Shown in pieces: positions 19,009 to 28,950 of a DNA stretch of 64,000 bases. Every line of letters starts with the position of its first letter. Position 1 is the first letter of the stretch. This DNA comes from Myxococcota bacterium. GTDB lineage: Bacteria > Myxococcota > SpSt-1050. Where the stretch lies: contig JBMFOP010000001.1 in assembly GCA_049969675.1 (NCBI GenBank), forward strand, positions 22,546 to 86,545, read 5' to 3'. The translations under genes were made by a program, and so were the position numbers. The notes beneath the pieces were generated by a model. It saw nothing but the letters and a program-made list of their open reading frames with translations. It did no database searches and was not told the DNA's origin.

Positions 19009-19974
19009 ATGGAGTTTCATCTTTCGGGGACGAAGAATAAAAGTGTATCTAATGATATTAAAAATCTTATTATCTTAGGTGGTGGTCCTGCAGGTCTTAC
19101 AGCAGCCATTTATGCAGCAAGGGCTATGCTAAGCCCTCTATTGATTGAATCCGGTGTGATGGGGGGGCAGGCAGCGATTACTGATATTCTTGAAAATTAT
19201 CCCGGTTTTCCAGAGGGTATAAACGGTGCGAGGCTCACCTCATTATTTGAGGCTCAGGCAAAGAAGTTTGGCACCGAAATTATTATGGATGATATTGGTA
19301 AGATAGAGGTAGTAGATGATATTATCTTGCTTAAAGGGTATAATACAGAATATCGAACAAAGGCTCTAATTATAGCAACTGGTGCCTCTTATAAGAGACT
19401 CGGTGTAAAGGGGGAAGAGGAGTTTATTGGCAGAGGTATATCATTCTGTGCAACCTGTGATGGCGCATTTTTCAAAGATGCAAAGATAGCGGTTGTAGGT
19501 GGTGGTGATTCAGCAGTAAAGGAGGCGATATTTTTAACCCGATTTGCAAGCGAGGTCTATATAATTCATAGGAGAGATGAACTCAGGGCTGAAAAGATTA
19601 TTCAGCAACAGGCATTTTCAAATCCCAAGATAAAGTTCAAATGGAGTACTGTTGTGGAGGAGTTTTTAGGGGATGAATCTGGGATAAAAAAACTGAGATT
19701 GAAAGAGCTCAAGAGCGGGAATATCTATGAAGAGGAGTTTGAAGGTGCATTCATCTTTATTGGTCATAGACCCAATACAGAGTTATTCAAGGGCATTGTT
19801 GATATGGATGAGAATGGCTTTATTATTACAGATGAGAATATGAAGACATCACAAAAGGGTATATTCGCGGCCGGAGATGTGAGGAAGAAGGGTTTGAGAC
19901 AGGTAATTACTGCTGCCGCAGATGGTGCCATCGCTGCCTTTATGGCTGAGGACTATCTGAGCCATTCTAAATAA
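19009..19974 (+). CDS. trxB: thioredoxin-disulfide reductase
   Basis: FAD site GGGPAGLTAAIYAARA, redox-active CATCDG, and the NADPH site VVGGGDSAVKEA. Confidence 0.85.
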   Translation: MEFHLSGTKNKSVSNDIKNLIILGGGPAGLTAAIYAARAMLSPLLIESGVMGGQAAITDILENYPGFPEGINGARLTSLFEAQAKKFGTEIIMDDIGKIEVVDDIILLKGYNTEYRTKALIIATGASYKRLGVKGEEEFIGRGISFCATCDGAFFKDAKIAVVGGGDSAVKEAIFLTRFASEVYIIHRRDELRAEKIIQQQAFSNPKIKFKWSTVVEEFLGDESGIKKLRLKELKSGNIYEEEFEGAFIFIGHRPNTELFKGIVDMDENGFIITDENMKTSQKGIFAAGDVRKKGLRQVITAAADGAIAAFMAEDYLSHSK

Positions 19975-20038
19975 GAGATGGAGATATTGTGGTAAAATTT
20001 TTATAACCAGACATCCGCCGTACGGAATAATCTGTAAA

Positions 20039-20120
20039 AGATATCTGTCCAGAATAAGTCTTTAGTAAAAGGCTTTTGCAGATGTAAAATTATTCATATC
20101 TATATGGAGTTGAATCACAA
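20039..20120. mobile_element. solo end / fragment of the same MITE-like repeat family
   Basis: AGATATCTGTCCAGAATAAG at 20039-20058 matches the atct-type TIR. The following about 60 bp share the ...tatatgga.ttgaat... block with the other two copies. No opposite end was found. Confidence 0.4.
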
Positions 20121-20968
20121 AAGCCAGAATCTTCAATACAGTCTTGATATTCATAAAAATACTCCTTTCTGTCCCTGAGCCTGCCCTCAGGAACCTGATT
20201 TGATTCTGGCTGGCAGGAGCCTGTTTCTTTACTTACCCTGTAACTTAAATGCCATGGCTGATGCAATCAATGGTCCAGATACAGCCCCAGATAGTAAAGA
20301 AGTAACTACAGAATAGGCAGCAAAACTCCCTGGTACTCAAGACTGCAATGTCGTTTCTCCCTATCATATAAGTTTATCAGTTGTTTCATAATGCTGTGCG
20401 CAATTATGGGGCACCACCAAATTTTTGAATATAAAAATTTTATGGGAAGGCTTTTTCATAAATGGGATAAGAGAGGGAAATAATCTGGCAGGGACTATTC
20501 TGTTTCAATATCAATTCTTTCATAGTATTTCCCATCATTGCTGTTCTCTCTCTTCTCTTTTTGTGTTATGCTCTCTTCCTCTGGAATTGAATCTTCAATA
20601 TAGAGTGGTAATTGGATTTCCCTACGCCTTTCTCTTCTTTTTTCCTTCTTCAATTTTTCAATAATGAAGGCGTCTAACATAAATCTCACCACCTTTCAAA
20701 TTACCAGTATGCATCCCTTGTGCCAGAAAATAATGCATAAATATCAATATGTTAGGCTTGAGCCCCCTTAAACTTTGTGACAATATTGTCATATTTACGA
20801 ATTCTTGCATAGCCTGATAAATATATGTTTGAGCAAGGCAATTGACAACTTTGTCAGAAATTTAAAATAAGTATAAAATAAATTCCTTATTTTTATAAAT
20901 ATTGTATTCTGACTGTGGTGTATGTGGGATTTTTCTTTAACATCTTATACTATGGAGAGAATGTGATT

Positions 20969-21958
20969 ATGAAAAAGGGAGTAGTATTATTTCTTTTATT
21001 GAGCTTTCTCCCCTCAATTCTTCCTGCCCAATCGTTAGAGGATATACAATTAAAGAAGAAGGAGGAGAGGCCTCCAATGCTTGATCTGGGCTTTTTGGGG
21101 ACTTTTGAAGGTTCTATGGGAATTAATGCAGATAGACCTGAATATTACAATGTTGTTTATGTGGCTCCTCAACTTAAGATAGGACAGTTTATACGGGCAC
21201 AGCTGAATATGACTATGAACAGGGCTATCCTTGGTAGGCAGGAAAATGCCTTCTCCTGGACACCTGAGGATTTCTCTCTTGAGTTTGCCCATCTCAAAAT
21301 CTATAAGGAGCCTTTTACCGGAATCAGCCTCTCGGCTCGAGCAAGATATTATATTCCTACCTCCAAGCAGTCACAGGATGCCAACTCTTATGGGCAGATG
21401 AGAGGATATATTAAATTCTCTTATACTATCTGGAGATTATATTTTGCAGCAGAATTTAACGCGCAAAAATACTTCAACGAGTACTATACATGGAATACAA
21501 AGGAGGAGGTTGGGACGGAGAAGTGGTATCATCAGGCTGGTAAAGATGAATATGTAGAGAATAATACCTCCTACGGATTTGGCGAGACATATACTGGTTC
21601 TATCAATATTGCTGATGGGCTTGATTTCTCTCTTATATGGGGGATGTATCAGAGCCAGAAGTATTCACCTGATAGTGGTCATCCGGAGTCATCTGGTAGC
21701 AGTTATTTGCAGCTTCCAAGAAGTACTGTCTGGGGTCACACCTATAGATTTGCCGCTGATCTTACCTATGGAATTGGGAGTATTCCTGCAATAAGGGACT
21801 CAGAGACACTTAAAGGAACTCCAGTACCAAATCTGTATATCTCATTAGGATATTCTATTTTTGCACCACAATTAAAGAATGGCGGAAGGGAATCAAATTT
21901 GAATCCGTTTGATCCGAAATATGCCCAATTATATGCAGATTTAAGTCTTGTATTTTAA
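20969..21958 (+). CDS. predicted outer membrane beta-barrel protein (uncharacterized)
   Basis: Signal peptide MKKGVVLFLLLSFLPSILPAQS. Alternating amphipathic strands rich in aromatics. C-terminal ...LSLVF with terminal Phe (OMP signature). 23 nt upstream of the metzincin gene. Confidence 0.5.
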   Translation: MKKGVVLFLLLSFLPSILPAQSLEDIQLKKKEERPPMLDLGFLGTFEGSMGINADRPEYYNVVYVAPQLKIGQFIRAQLNMTMNRAILGRQENAFSWTPEDFSLEFAHLKIYKEPFTGISLSARARYYIPTSKQSQDANSYGQMRGYIKFSYTIWRLYFAAEFNAQKYFNEYYTWNTKEEVGTEKWYHQAGKDEYVENNTSYGFGETYTGSINIADGLDFSLIWGMYQSQKYSPDSGHPESSGSSYLQLPRSTVWGHTYRFAADLTYGIGSIPAIRDSETLKGTPVPNLYISLGYSIFAPQLKNGGRESNLNPFDPKYAQLYADLSLVF

Positions 21959-21981
21959 TTTTTTTAGTAAAGGAGAGAATT

Positions 21982-24900
21982 ATGAGCAAGAGAACATTTT
22001 TAGCAATTATCATTATGGCACTTTTGCTTTCTTTCTGTGCTACAGAGCCAGAGCCTCTGGATAGGACGCAACCAGAGGCAGTCAACAAAGCCATTTTTAG
22101 TGGTGAATGGATTTATAAAGCAACTGTAACTGATACAGATTGGGATAATAAATTTACATTTATAGGAGAAGAGACGAGCTCTTATATGGGAGATGCCTTC
22201 AAGCTTAGATGGGAAATTACAATGGACTATCTAAATGCATATAAAGTTGCACAGAGGTATATGACCCTTGATGGCAGATTGGTTGAGAATGATGCTGGAG
22301 ATAAGAGTCTGGTGCTATCTTTTAGAATCAAAAAGCATTACGATATAAGATACCGATATAATAGTACGACAAGGGAAGACCTGAATGTTATTGAAGAGAA
22401 TTATGATAGACCCTGGAATGAGAGAGAATATATGGAGGTTGATTGGTCGCAGAATCTGGCTACCAATGTGAGCAATCCGTTGCAGATGGACCTTGCCTCC
22501 GGAGAGCTTGTGAGAGAGCCGGTCTCAGTTTATGAAAATGTAGAATTCTTTGCGAGAGGTGCTACAAAGGATGAAGATTACAAGATTGATACGAGGAAAT
22601 GGAATCCCAAGAAAGACCCTGAAGTCTATTTAATAAATATTGACCTCAAAGAGTCAATCAGGTCTCGTCTTGAGAGCTGGATACAACTTTATTATGGTGA
22701 ATATATGCCTCCGGTGACAGTTAAGACCCGTCACTCACTTATGAAGGCCCTTCCTATAGATCAGCAGACCTATAAACCAATGCAGTATGATGATTATTTC
22801 TTTAGAAGGTTTGGCTTCTTCAGAACCGAGTATGATACCTATGACCCCGAGAGGGGACCAATGGAGAATCAGAAACAATACCTTATTAACAGATGGGATT
22901 TTTCAAATGGTAAGAAGTTGATATGGTATGCCTCCCCAAGTTTTCAGGAGCAGATCAATGAAGGCGATTCAGACCTGAAGGGCTATGCACTCAGGGTTAT
23001 TGAAGAATGGAATAAGGTACTGAAGGAGGCTCTCGGCAGAACAGATGATGTCCTTGAATTTAGAGAAAATGAACCTTTGTGTAACGCTGGTGTTAAGGTG
23101 ATCACAAATTCTGATGGGGTGAAAGTCTGTGAGGATGGGAAACAGGTAACAAATCTGGATGGCAGTAAGAGATGGAAGTATGAAGTGGGTGATCTAAGAT
23201 ATTCATTCTTAAACTTCATTAAAAAACCTCAAAATGCATCTCCGCTTGGCTATGGTCCGTTAACGCCTGATGCAGATACTGGTGAGATAGTAAGTGCCAC
23301 AGTAAATGTATATGGTAATTGGGTGGATTATGTGGTGAGAAGGGCTATGGATCAGTATGATGTTGCAGCAGGTTTATGTACGCTTGACAATGTAAAGGAC
23401 GGCTTCTTTTATAATCCAGAGACAGGGAGGTGTGATAGTCAGGTATTTATAGGCAAGTACAAAGGGGGAGTTGTTCAACCAAAGGCGGCCCCACCATCAG
23501 AAGGTGATAAGAAGAATAAAAACAGGTTGAGAACACTCACACCAGCTCTTAAGACGGCATATTATCCCAAACTTGATATTCACAAACCAGACCCACAAAT
23601 CCCCCAGGAACAGATGAAGAAAGACCTTGAAAATCTCAAAGTGCTTTATAAAGACCAGCTCAAACATCCTGTTGCGCTGGATCTTAACGGATTTAAGAGC
23701 ATTAAAGGTACAAAATTTGAATCAATGCTTGTCCCACATTCTACATTCAATTCATTGCTGCCCTATGCAAAATCAGCAGATGATGCTGAGGTGGTAGCAC
23801 TCCTTTCTCCAGCCAGAAGACTCTCTCCAGAATTTCTATATGCAATGAAGAAGGGTCAGGAGAAGAGGATGCATTATTGTGACGAACCGATTATGTTTGA
23901 ACCAGCGATTAATGCATTTGTAGAGGAGATGAAAGATAAACCCAGAGATGAAGTATATAAAATTTTGAGGAACTGGATATGGTATACAACAGCGCTTCAT
24001 GAGATGGGACATACACTTGGATTAAGACACAATTTTAGAGGGTCTGTAGACCAGAGAAATTTCTCTCAAGAGTATTTTGCAGCCTACGATGAATACTGGA
24101 AACAGATTGATGCAATAAGAGGCAAATACTGGAATAGAATCAAAAATGGAGATGCAGAGGCATACGAGGCATATGTTCAGGAGGTTGATGATATAAAATC
24201 CATACACAATAGATATGCCTCAACATCTATAATGGACTATCTCGGCGATTGGACAAAGTGGCAATATCCTGTTGGGAGCTATGACAGGGCGGCAATTCTA
24301 TTTGGATATGGAAAGAAGGTTGAGGTTTCTGATGGAAAAGGAGGATGGGTACTTGCGGATTATATGGACGGCGATTTCAGACAGAAAGATTTCTATGATG
24401 AAAATGAACTCGCAGAATCTGGAAGGAAGGTTAGATATTATATGTTCTGCTCGGATGAAAAGGTATTTGATGACGCCTTCTGTACCAGATTTGATGTTGG
24501 GACAACTGCTACTGAGATCGTAAGGAACTTTATTAGAGATGCACAGCCTGCATATTTCTTCAAGAACTTCAAGAGACATTCAGCGATGTTTGATGAGAGG
24601 AGAGACAGTTACTATATCAACAAATGGCTCTGGACTTACTATACTTATGGCAAGGCGTTAGGCGAAATGACTCTCGGTTCAATAAGGTATGAAGAGATGT
24701 GGGGCTCCATATTTGATGGAATTGATGCAATTAACAGAGGTCCAGAGACAAGGGATATGGTTCCGGGGTATCATAGAAATGGTGGTGAAGACCTATTAAG
24801 GGCTTCAATGATATTCTATTATTACCTGATTTATGATGTCTTAATGAGGCCTGATTACGGTTATTATCAGTTGAGCTATGATACATCACATCAAAAGTAC

Positions 24901-25968
24901 TGGGAATCCACCGAACCACAATATCTTGATGACTCAAAACCCAGTACTTATGTGCCTGCTGGGATTGGTTGGGGGTGGATGGATAAATACGACCAGCAAA
25001 GAGATATCAATCAGTATTATCCTCATCTTGAGAGGATTGGTGTGGAGCTTGACAAGATAATTGCACTTGAGATACTGTCAATCCCTGCGGCACTAAATGA
25101 ACCGTTATATTTTGAAAAGGCAAATGGTGTCAATTTCTGGAACTCTCTCTGGACAAATAACGGCAGTCAACTCTGGGAGGTAATTAAAGGACTTATCACA
25201 GATAACTTCTCACATTATCAAAATCCATGGTGTATTAAATGTGATGCCGCATGCAGGGCGGACCCGATAAATCATCCTCCAGAGATTAAGACATATCCTG
25301 TTGACCTGCTTGAAGGTATGAGAAAAGGCAGACTGATTGGTGGCTGGGTAGAGCCGACAAGGCCAAATAGATGTGGCTCCGACGACGAGTCTCCGATGCA
25401 GCCCGGAATGGATGCACTCTTTGCAATCTATCCGATTTTCTACGCTATTGCCGGTGCATCACATCCCTGGTATCATAATTCACTATCAGATTATCTTGAT
25501 TCGCAGGTCGTTGGTGGTGCTCATAGGTTTGATCCACCTCCGGGTGCAAAGACGGTTACAATGGTTAATAGCTCCGGGACAAAGACATATCTTGCAGCCC
25601 AGACGGATGACAATCTGAGTATCTCATATCAACTCGTTTCAAATGGGAGATGGATAAATAATCATCTTGCCTATTACACCGCCTGTAATAATGGTGAAGT
25701 ACCATCTCAGGAGTTAAGAACTGAGATGAATAAAAATTGCAATGATTGGGAGAGCTGTTGTTCTGATGTCCTTGATTGTTATAATCCTTGGTTAAATCCA
25801 AAACCAGAATATTGTGATGCAGAAGGATGGGACATTTTATTTATGTATGATGGATTTAAGTATAGAAATCTGGATAGAATTGAGGCAATGCTTATAATGA
25901 TGCAGGATATGATTGATATCGCCGGGCATTACCAATGGAGGGTCCCTGGGTACCTTGAAGAACCCTGA
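21982..25968 (+). CDS. large secreted/lipoprotein zinc metalloprotease of the metzincin type (HEXXHXXGXXH)
   Basis: 1328 aa. N-terminal signal peptide with Cys (MSKRTFLAIIIMALLLSFC). ALHEMGHTLGLRHNF carries three His ligands in metzincin spacing. Resembles Bacteroidota-type DUF4953/DUF5117 zinc metalloproteases; this is from memory, not searched. Confidence 0.65.
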   Translation: MSKRTFLAIIIMALLLSFCATEPEPLDRTQPEAVNKAIFSGEWIYKATVTDTDWDNKFTFIGEETSSYMGDAFKLRWEITMDYLNAYKVAQRYMTLDGRLVENDAGDKSLVLSFRIKKHYDIRYRYNSTTREDLNVIEENYDRPWNEREYMEVDWSQNLATNVSNPLQMDLASGELVREPVSVYENVEFFARGATKDEDYKIDTRKWNPKKDPEVYLINIDLKESIRSRLESWIQLYYGEYMPPVTVKTRHSLMKALPIDQQTYKPMQYDDYFFRRFGFFRTEYDTYDPERGPMENQKQYLINRWDFSNGKKLIWYASPSFQEQINEGDSDLKGYALRVIEEWNKVLKEALGRTDDVLEFRENEPLCNAGVKVITNSDGVKVCEDGKQVTNLDGSKRWKYEVGDLRYSFLNFIKKPQNASPLGYGPLTPDADTGEIVSATVNVYGNWVDYVVRRAMDQYDVAAGLCTLDNVKDGFFYNPETGRCDSQVFIGKYKGGVVQPKAAPPSEGDKKNKNRLRTLTPALKTAYYPKLDIHKPDPQIPQEQMKKDLENLKVLYKDQLKHPVALDLNGFKSIKGTKFESMLVPHSTFNSLLPYAKSADDAEVVALLSPARRLSPEFLYAMKKGQEKRMHYCDEPIMFEPAINAFVEEMKDKPRDEVYKILRNWIWYTTALHEMGHTLGLRHNFRGSVDQRNFSQEYFAAYDEYWKQIDAIRGKYWNRIKNGDAEAYEAYVQEVDDIKSIHNRYASTSIMDYLGDWTKWQYPVGSYDRAAILFGYGKKVEVSDGKGGWVLADYMDGDFRQKDFYDENELAESGRKVRYYMFCSDEKVFDDAFCTRFDVGTTATEIVRNFIRDAQPAYFFKNFKRHSAMFDERRDSYYINKWLWTYYTYGKALGEMTLGSIRYEEMWGSIFDGIDAINRGPETRDMVPGYHRNGGEDLLRASMIFYYYLIYDVLMRPDYGYYQLSYDTSHQKYWESTEPQYLDDSKPSTYVPAGIGWGWMDKYDQQRDINQYYPHLERIGVELDKIIALEILSIPAALNEPLYFEKANGVNFWNSLWTNNGSQLWEVIKGLITDNFSHYQNPWCIKCDAACRADPINHPPEIKTYPVDLLEGMRKGRLIGGWVEPTRPNRCGSDDESPMQPGMDALFAIYPIFYAIAGASHPWYHNSLSDYLDSQVVGGAHRFDPPPGAKTVTMVNSSGTKTYLAAQTDDNLSISYQLVSNGRWINNHLAYYTACNNGEVPSQELRTEMNKNCNDWESCCSDVLDCYNPWLNPKPEYCDAEGWDILFMYDGFKYRNLDRIEAMLIMMQDMIDIAGHYQWRVPGYLEEP

Positions 25969-25999
25969 TGGGATATAATATTATAGATATTTTGAAAAA

Positions 26000-26022
26000 G
26001 GCGGTTTTATACCGCCTTTTTT
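26000..26022 (+). terminator. Rho-independent terminator after the metalloprotease gene
   Basis: GGCGGTtttatACCGCC followed by TTTTTT. Confidence 0.6.
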
Positions 26023-26023
26023 G

Positions 26024-26052
26024 TTGACAACTGCAATGATGTGATGTATTAG
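26024..26052 (+). promoter_or_regulatory. candidate sigma70 promoter for rho
   Basis: TTGACA, a 17-nt spacer, then TATTAG, about 95 nt upstream of the rho ATG. Confidence 0.25.
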
Positions 26053-26147
26053 AAGTAGTGTCTTTTACTCCCCGCTTAAAATTCAATATTGCGGGTAAAT
26101 GAATACCAAAATTCCGTCCTTGGTCAACTAATTTGTCAGGAGGTAAA

Positions 26148-27395
26148 ATGAACTTATCAGAGTTAAAAGAACTGAAGATTCAGGACCTTGTAAAACTTGC
26201 AAAGGACCTCAATGTAGAGGGTGTGAGAGGTATGAGGAAACAGGACCTCATCTTCGCTATCCTTCAGGCTGAGGCTGAAAAGAACGGTCTGATATATGGA
26301 GAGGGAGTGCTTGAGGTCCTTCCAGATGGTTTTGGATTTTTAAGGGCTTCCGATTATTCCTATTTACAGGGACCGGATGATATTTACATCTCGCCTTCAC
26401 AAATTAAAAAATTTAATCTCAGAACTGGAGATACTGTGCTTGGGCAGATTAGACCCCCTAAAGAAAATGAACATTATTTTGCAATGATAAAGATTGATGC
26501 GATCAATTATGAAGACCCCGAAATTGCAAAAGACAAGATTCTATTTGACAATCTGACACCACTTTATCCTAATCAGAAGTTTAATCTGGAATATGACCCT
26601 GAGAATTACACTACTCGAATTATTGACCTGTTTGCTCCTATCGGGAAGGGACAGAGATGCCTTATTGTCTCTCCACCGAGGGCTGGTAAGACTGTACTTC
26701 TTCAGAATGTGGCAAATGCACTTACTGCTAATCATAAGGATGTATATCTAATAGTCCTTTTGATAGACGAGAGGCCGGAGGAGGTTACTGATATGGAGCG
26801 GTCAGTACAGGGAGAGGTAATCTCTTCAACATTTGATGAACCTCCTCAGAGACATGTTCAGGTCGCTGAAATGGTTATTGAGAGGGCAAAGAGACTTGTT
26901 GAACATAAAAAAGATGTGGTGATACTGCTTGATTCTATTACAAGGCTTGCGAGGGCGTATAATACTGTTGTTCCACCTTCTGGAAAGATTCTTTCTGGTG
27001 GTGTGGATTCAAATGCCTTGCATAAGCCCAAGAGATTCTTTGGTGCAGCTCGTAATGTAGAGGAGGGAGGTTCACTCACAATCATTGGAACGGCATTGAT
27101 AGATACCGGTTCAAGAATGGATGAGGTAATATTTGAGGAGTTCAAAGGTACGGGTAATTGTGAAATTGTACTTGATAGAAAATTGATGGAGAAGAGGATT
27201 TTTCCAACGCTTGATATTCCCAAGAGCGGAACAAGAAAAGAGGAATTGCTCCTACCAGATTGGGCACTTAAGAGGATCTGGATATTGAGGCAGCTCCTTG
27301 CACCACTAAATCAGGTAGATGCAATGGAATTTATTCTTGAAAAAATAAAACGCACTAAAACAAACAAAGAATTTTTAGAATCAATGAATCAATAA
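26148..27395 (+). CDS. rho: transcription termination factor Rho
   Basis: [22 protein letters not shown]-terminus, CSD-like RNA-binding domain, Walker A PPRAGKT, and the RecA-like ATPase domain. AGGAGG RBS before ATG 26148 (the track ORF starts at 26133). Confidence 0.9.
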   Translation: MNLSELKELKIQDLVKLAKDLNVEGVRGMRKQDLIFAILQAEAEKNGLIYGEGVLEVLPDGFGFLRASDYSYLQGPDDIYISPSQIKKFNLRTGDTVLGQIRPPKENEHYFAMIKIDAINYEDPEIAKDKILFDNLTPLYPNQKFNLEYDPENYTTRIIDLFAPIGKGQRCLIVSPPRAGKTVLLQNVANALTANHKDVYLIVLLIDERPEEVTDMERSVQGEVISSTFDEPPQRHVQVAEMVIERAKRLVEHKKDVVILLDSITRLARAYNTVVPPSGKILSGGVDSNALHKPKRFFGAARNVEEGGSLTIIGTALIDTGSRMDEVIFEEFKGTGNCEIVLDRKLMEKRIFPTLDIPKSGTRKEELLLPDWALKRIWILRQLLAPLNQVDAMEFILEKIKRTKTNKEFLESMNQ

Positions 27396-27405
27396 CAATG
27401 TCCTT

Positions 27406-28011
27406 ATGATTAAGAGAATTTTTTGCTTGATTTTAGTACTATTGAACCCTTTACTTTATGTAGAGTGTTCAGATAGTAACTCTGACAATAATCTATCAGA
27501 TGCGGGTGCGGATGTATTAATAAGTGGCTGCAATACAATATCCGATTGTTCAGATAAAGAGACTAAAGACTCTGTCTGTGTTAAGAAAGGTTGTGTATCA
27601 ATAGGAGAGGCCTCAAAGTTTCTCCATATAGTATTTTATCCAAAATACATCAGTTCTGTGGTAAATGATATCAGTTATTTTACATATTATTTCTTTTATC
27701 CACTTGATGTGGAAGGGAATAATTTATCCTGTGAAAAACTCCTGAGTGATTTCAACTTTAGTCAAAAGAGAGACCTCAACATTATTCAATCATATGAAAA
27801 ACAGGCGACCATCTCAGCTACTGGCTCAGAGATGTATACACTCCCGTTGCCCACGATAAAAGACTCTCTATTGTTCTTCATCTTTTATCAGGAAAATGGG
27901 AGTGTAGTTGCTATTGGTTGTAGCGAGAAGATTGATACTACATCAAATGATTCAGTGGGTATCTTCCCCTGCAAACCAGAGCAGATAAATGCCTGTCTGG
28001 GAGAGTTCTAA
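27406..28011 (+). CDS. secreted Cys-containing hypothetical protein
   Basis: Signal peptide MIKRIFCLILVLLNPLLYVEC. Ten Cys residues. No recognisable family. Confidence 0.4.
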   Translation: MIKRIFCLILVLLNPLLYVECSDSNSDNNLSDAGADVLISGCNTISDCSDKETKDSVCVKKGCVSIGEASKFLHIVFYPKYISSVVNDISYFTYYFFYPLDVEGNNLSCEKLLSDFNFSQKRDLNIIQSYEKQATISATGSEMYTLPLPTIKDSLLFFIFYQENGSVVAIGCSEKIDTTSNDSVGIFPCKPEQINACLGEF

Positions 28012-28949
28012 TCTGAGTTACCATTTGTTCTTTCAAACTCCCTTTTTAGATTTTTATAGTTGTCCGCGGTATAGCAGAGTGTATCTGTTATCTTATAGGT
28101 CTTATCTTCAATCTCTATCCTGGTCTGTCTGATTCTACAGGCGGCATTTATAGAATGACCAATTTCACCAGAAAGTTCAACTATCTTATCAAAGTTGTCA
28201 GTATTTTCAGAGGATCTTTCAGCGGCTATCTGTGCAGAGGTAATTGTGGCATCAGTGGATTTGTCTAAGAGCTCAAAGGTCTGTTCTTCTTTAATTTTCT
28301 CTCGGAGTTGTTTTTTTGTCTTAGGATTATCTTCTGACAACTCTTTTGCATCTTTAGCAACAGCAGTTGTATCCTGCTTTATCCTCTTTGCCTCATCAAA
28401 TCCAAATTTTTCATTTTTAGCAATATTTTTGGAATCTGACACAAGATTGGCAGAGCTATTTGTTAGAGAAGCACCGATTAATATGCCTTCTTCTCCTTTT
28501 TTCTGATAACCAATCAATGCACCGGTGGATGTCAATCCACTCTTAAGTGCGGTTTCTTCTATACTGTTGCCGATAGAACCTGCAGCCAGAGAGTTAGCAA
28601 TATTTGCCCCTCTTTGCCCATTTTTAACCGCACCAATTGAAGTAGCAGACCCAACAGCACACATTTTTGCTCCTGCTAAAATGAATGAATCCCCTGAGCC
28701 AGTTTTGATAAAGTTATTAATGTCTCCTGATGCAACCCCAGCAGTTTTTGAGACCAAATTTAAGGTTGTCGCTCCTTCGTCATATCCCATCTGTTTTAAA
28801 TTTTGAGATGCCCCTTCTATTACACCTATTCCCGCAGATGCATAATCTCCTGTTGCCACATCTAAACCGGCACATGCATAATCTCCTATGTATTTATATT
28901 TTTCTGGTAAAAGATTATCGGTTGCATAGTTTAATAACTTTCCTAACAT
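28008..28949 (-). CDS. hypothetical protein with Gly/Ala-rich glycine-zipper-like N-terminal half
   Basis: 313 aa. Repeated GDYAxAG(L/I)xV, GSATSIGAV and AGSIGNSI segments, then a charged helical C-terminal half. No signal peptide. Third gene of a coupled 3-gene operon. Confidence 0.45.
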   Translation of the reverse strand: MLGKLLNYATDNLLPEKYKYIGDYACAGLDVATGDYASAGIGVIEGASQNLKQMGYDEGATTLNLVSKTAGVASGDINNFIKTGSGDSFILAGAKMCAVGSATSIGAVKNGQRGANIANSLAAGSIGNSIEETALKSGLTSTGALIGYQKKGEEGILIGASLTNSSANLVSDSKNIAKNEKFGFDEAKRIKQDTTAVAKDAKELSEDNPKTKKQLREKIKEEQTFELLDKSTDATITSAQIAAERSSENTDNFDKIVELSGEIGHSINAACRIRQTRIEIEDKTYKITDTLCYTADNYKNLKREFERTNGNSD

Positions 28950-28950
28950 A

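Noticed and set aside
20425-20692. Small ORFs 20425-20664 (+) and 20495-20692 (-) in the trxB-OMP spacer
   Set aside because: They overlap each other on opposite strands. No RBS or conserved features. The charged 65-aa minus-strand peptide cannot be excluded as a small protein, but there is no support.
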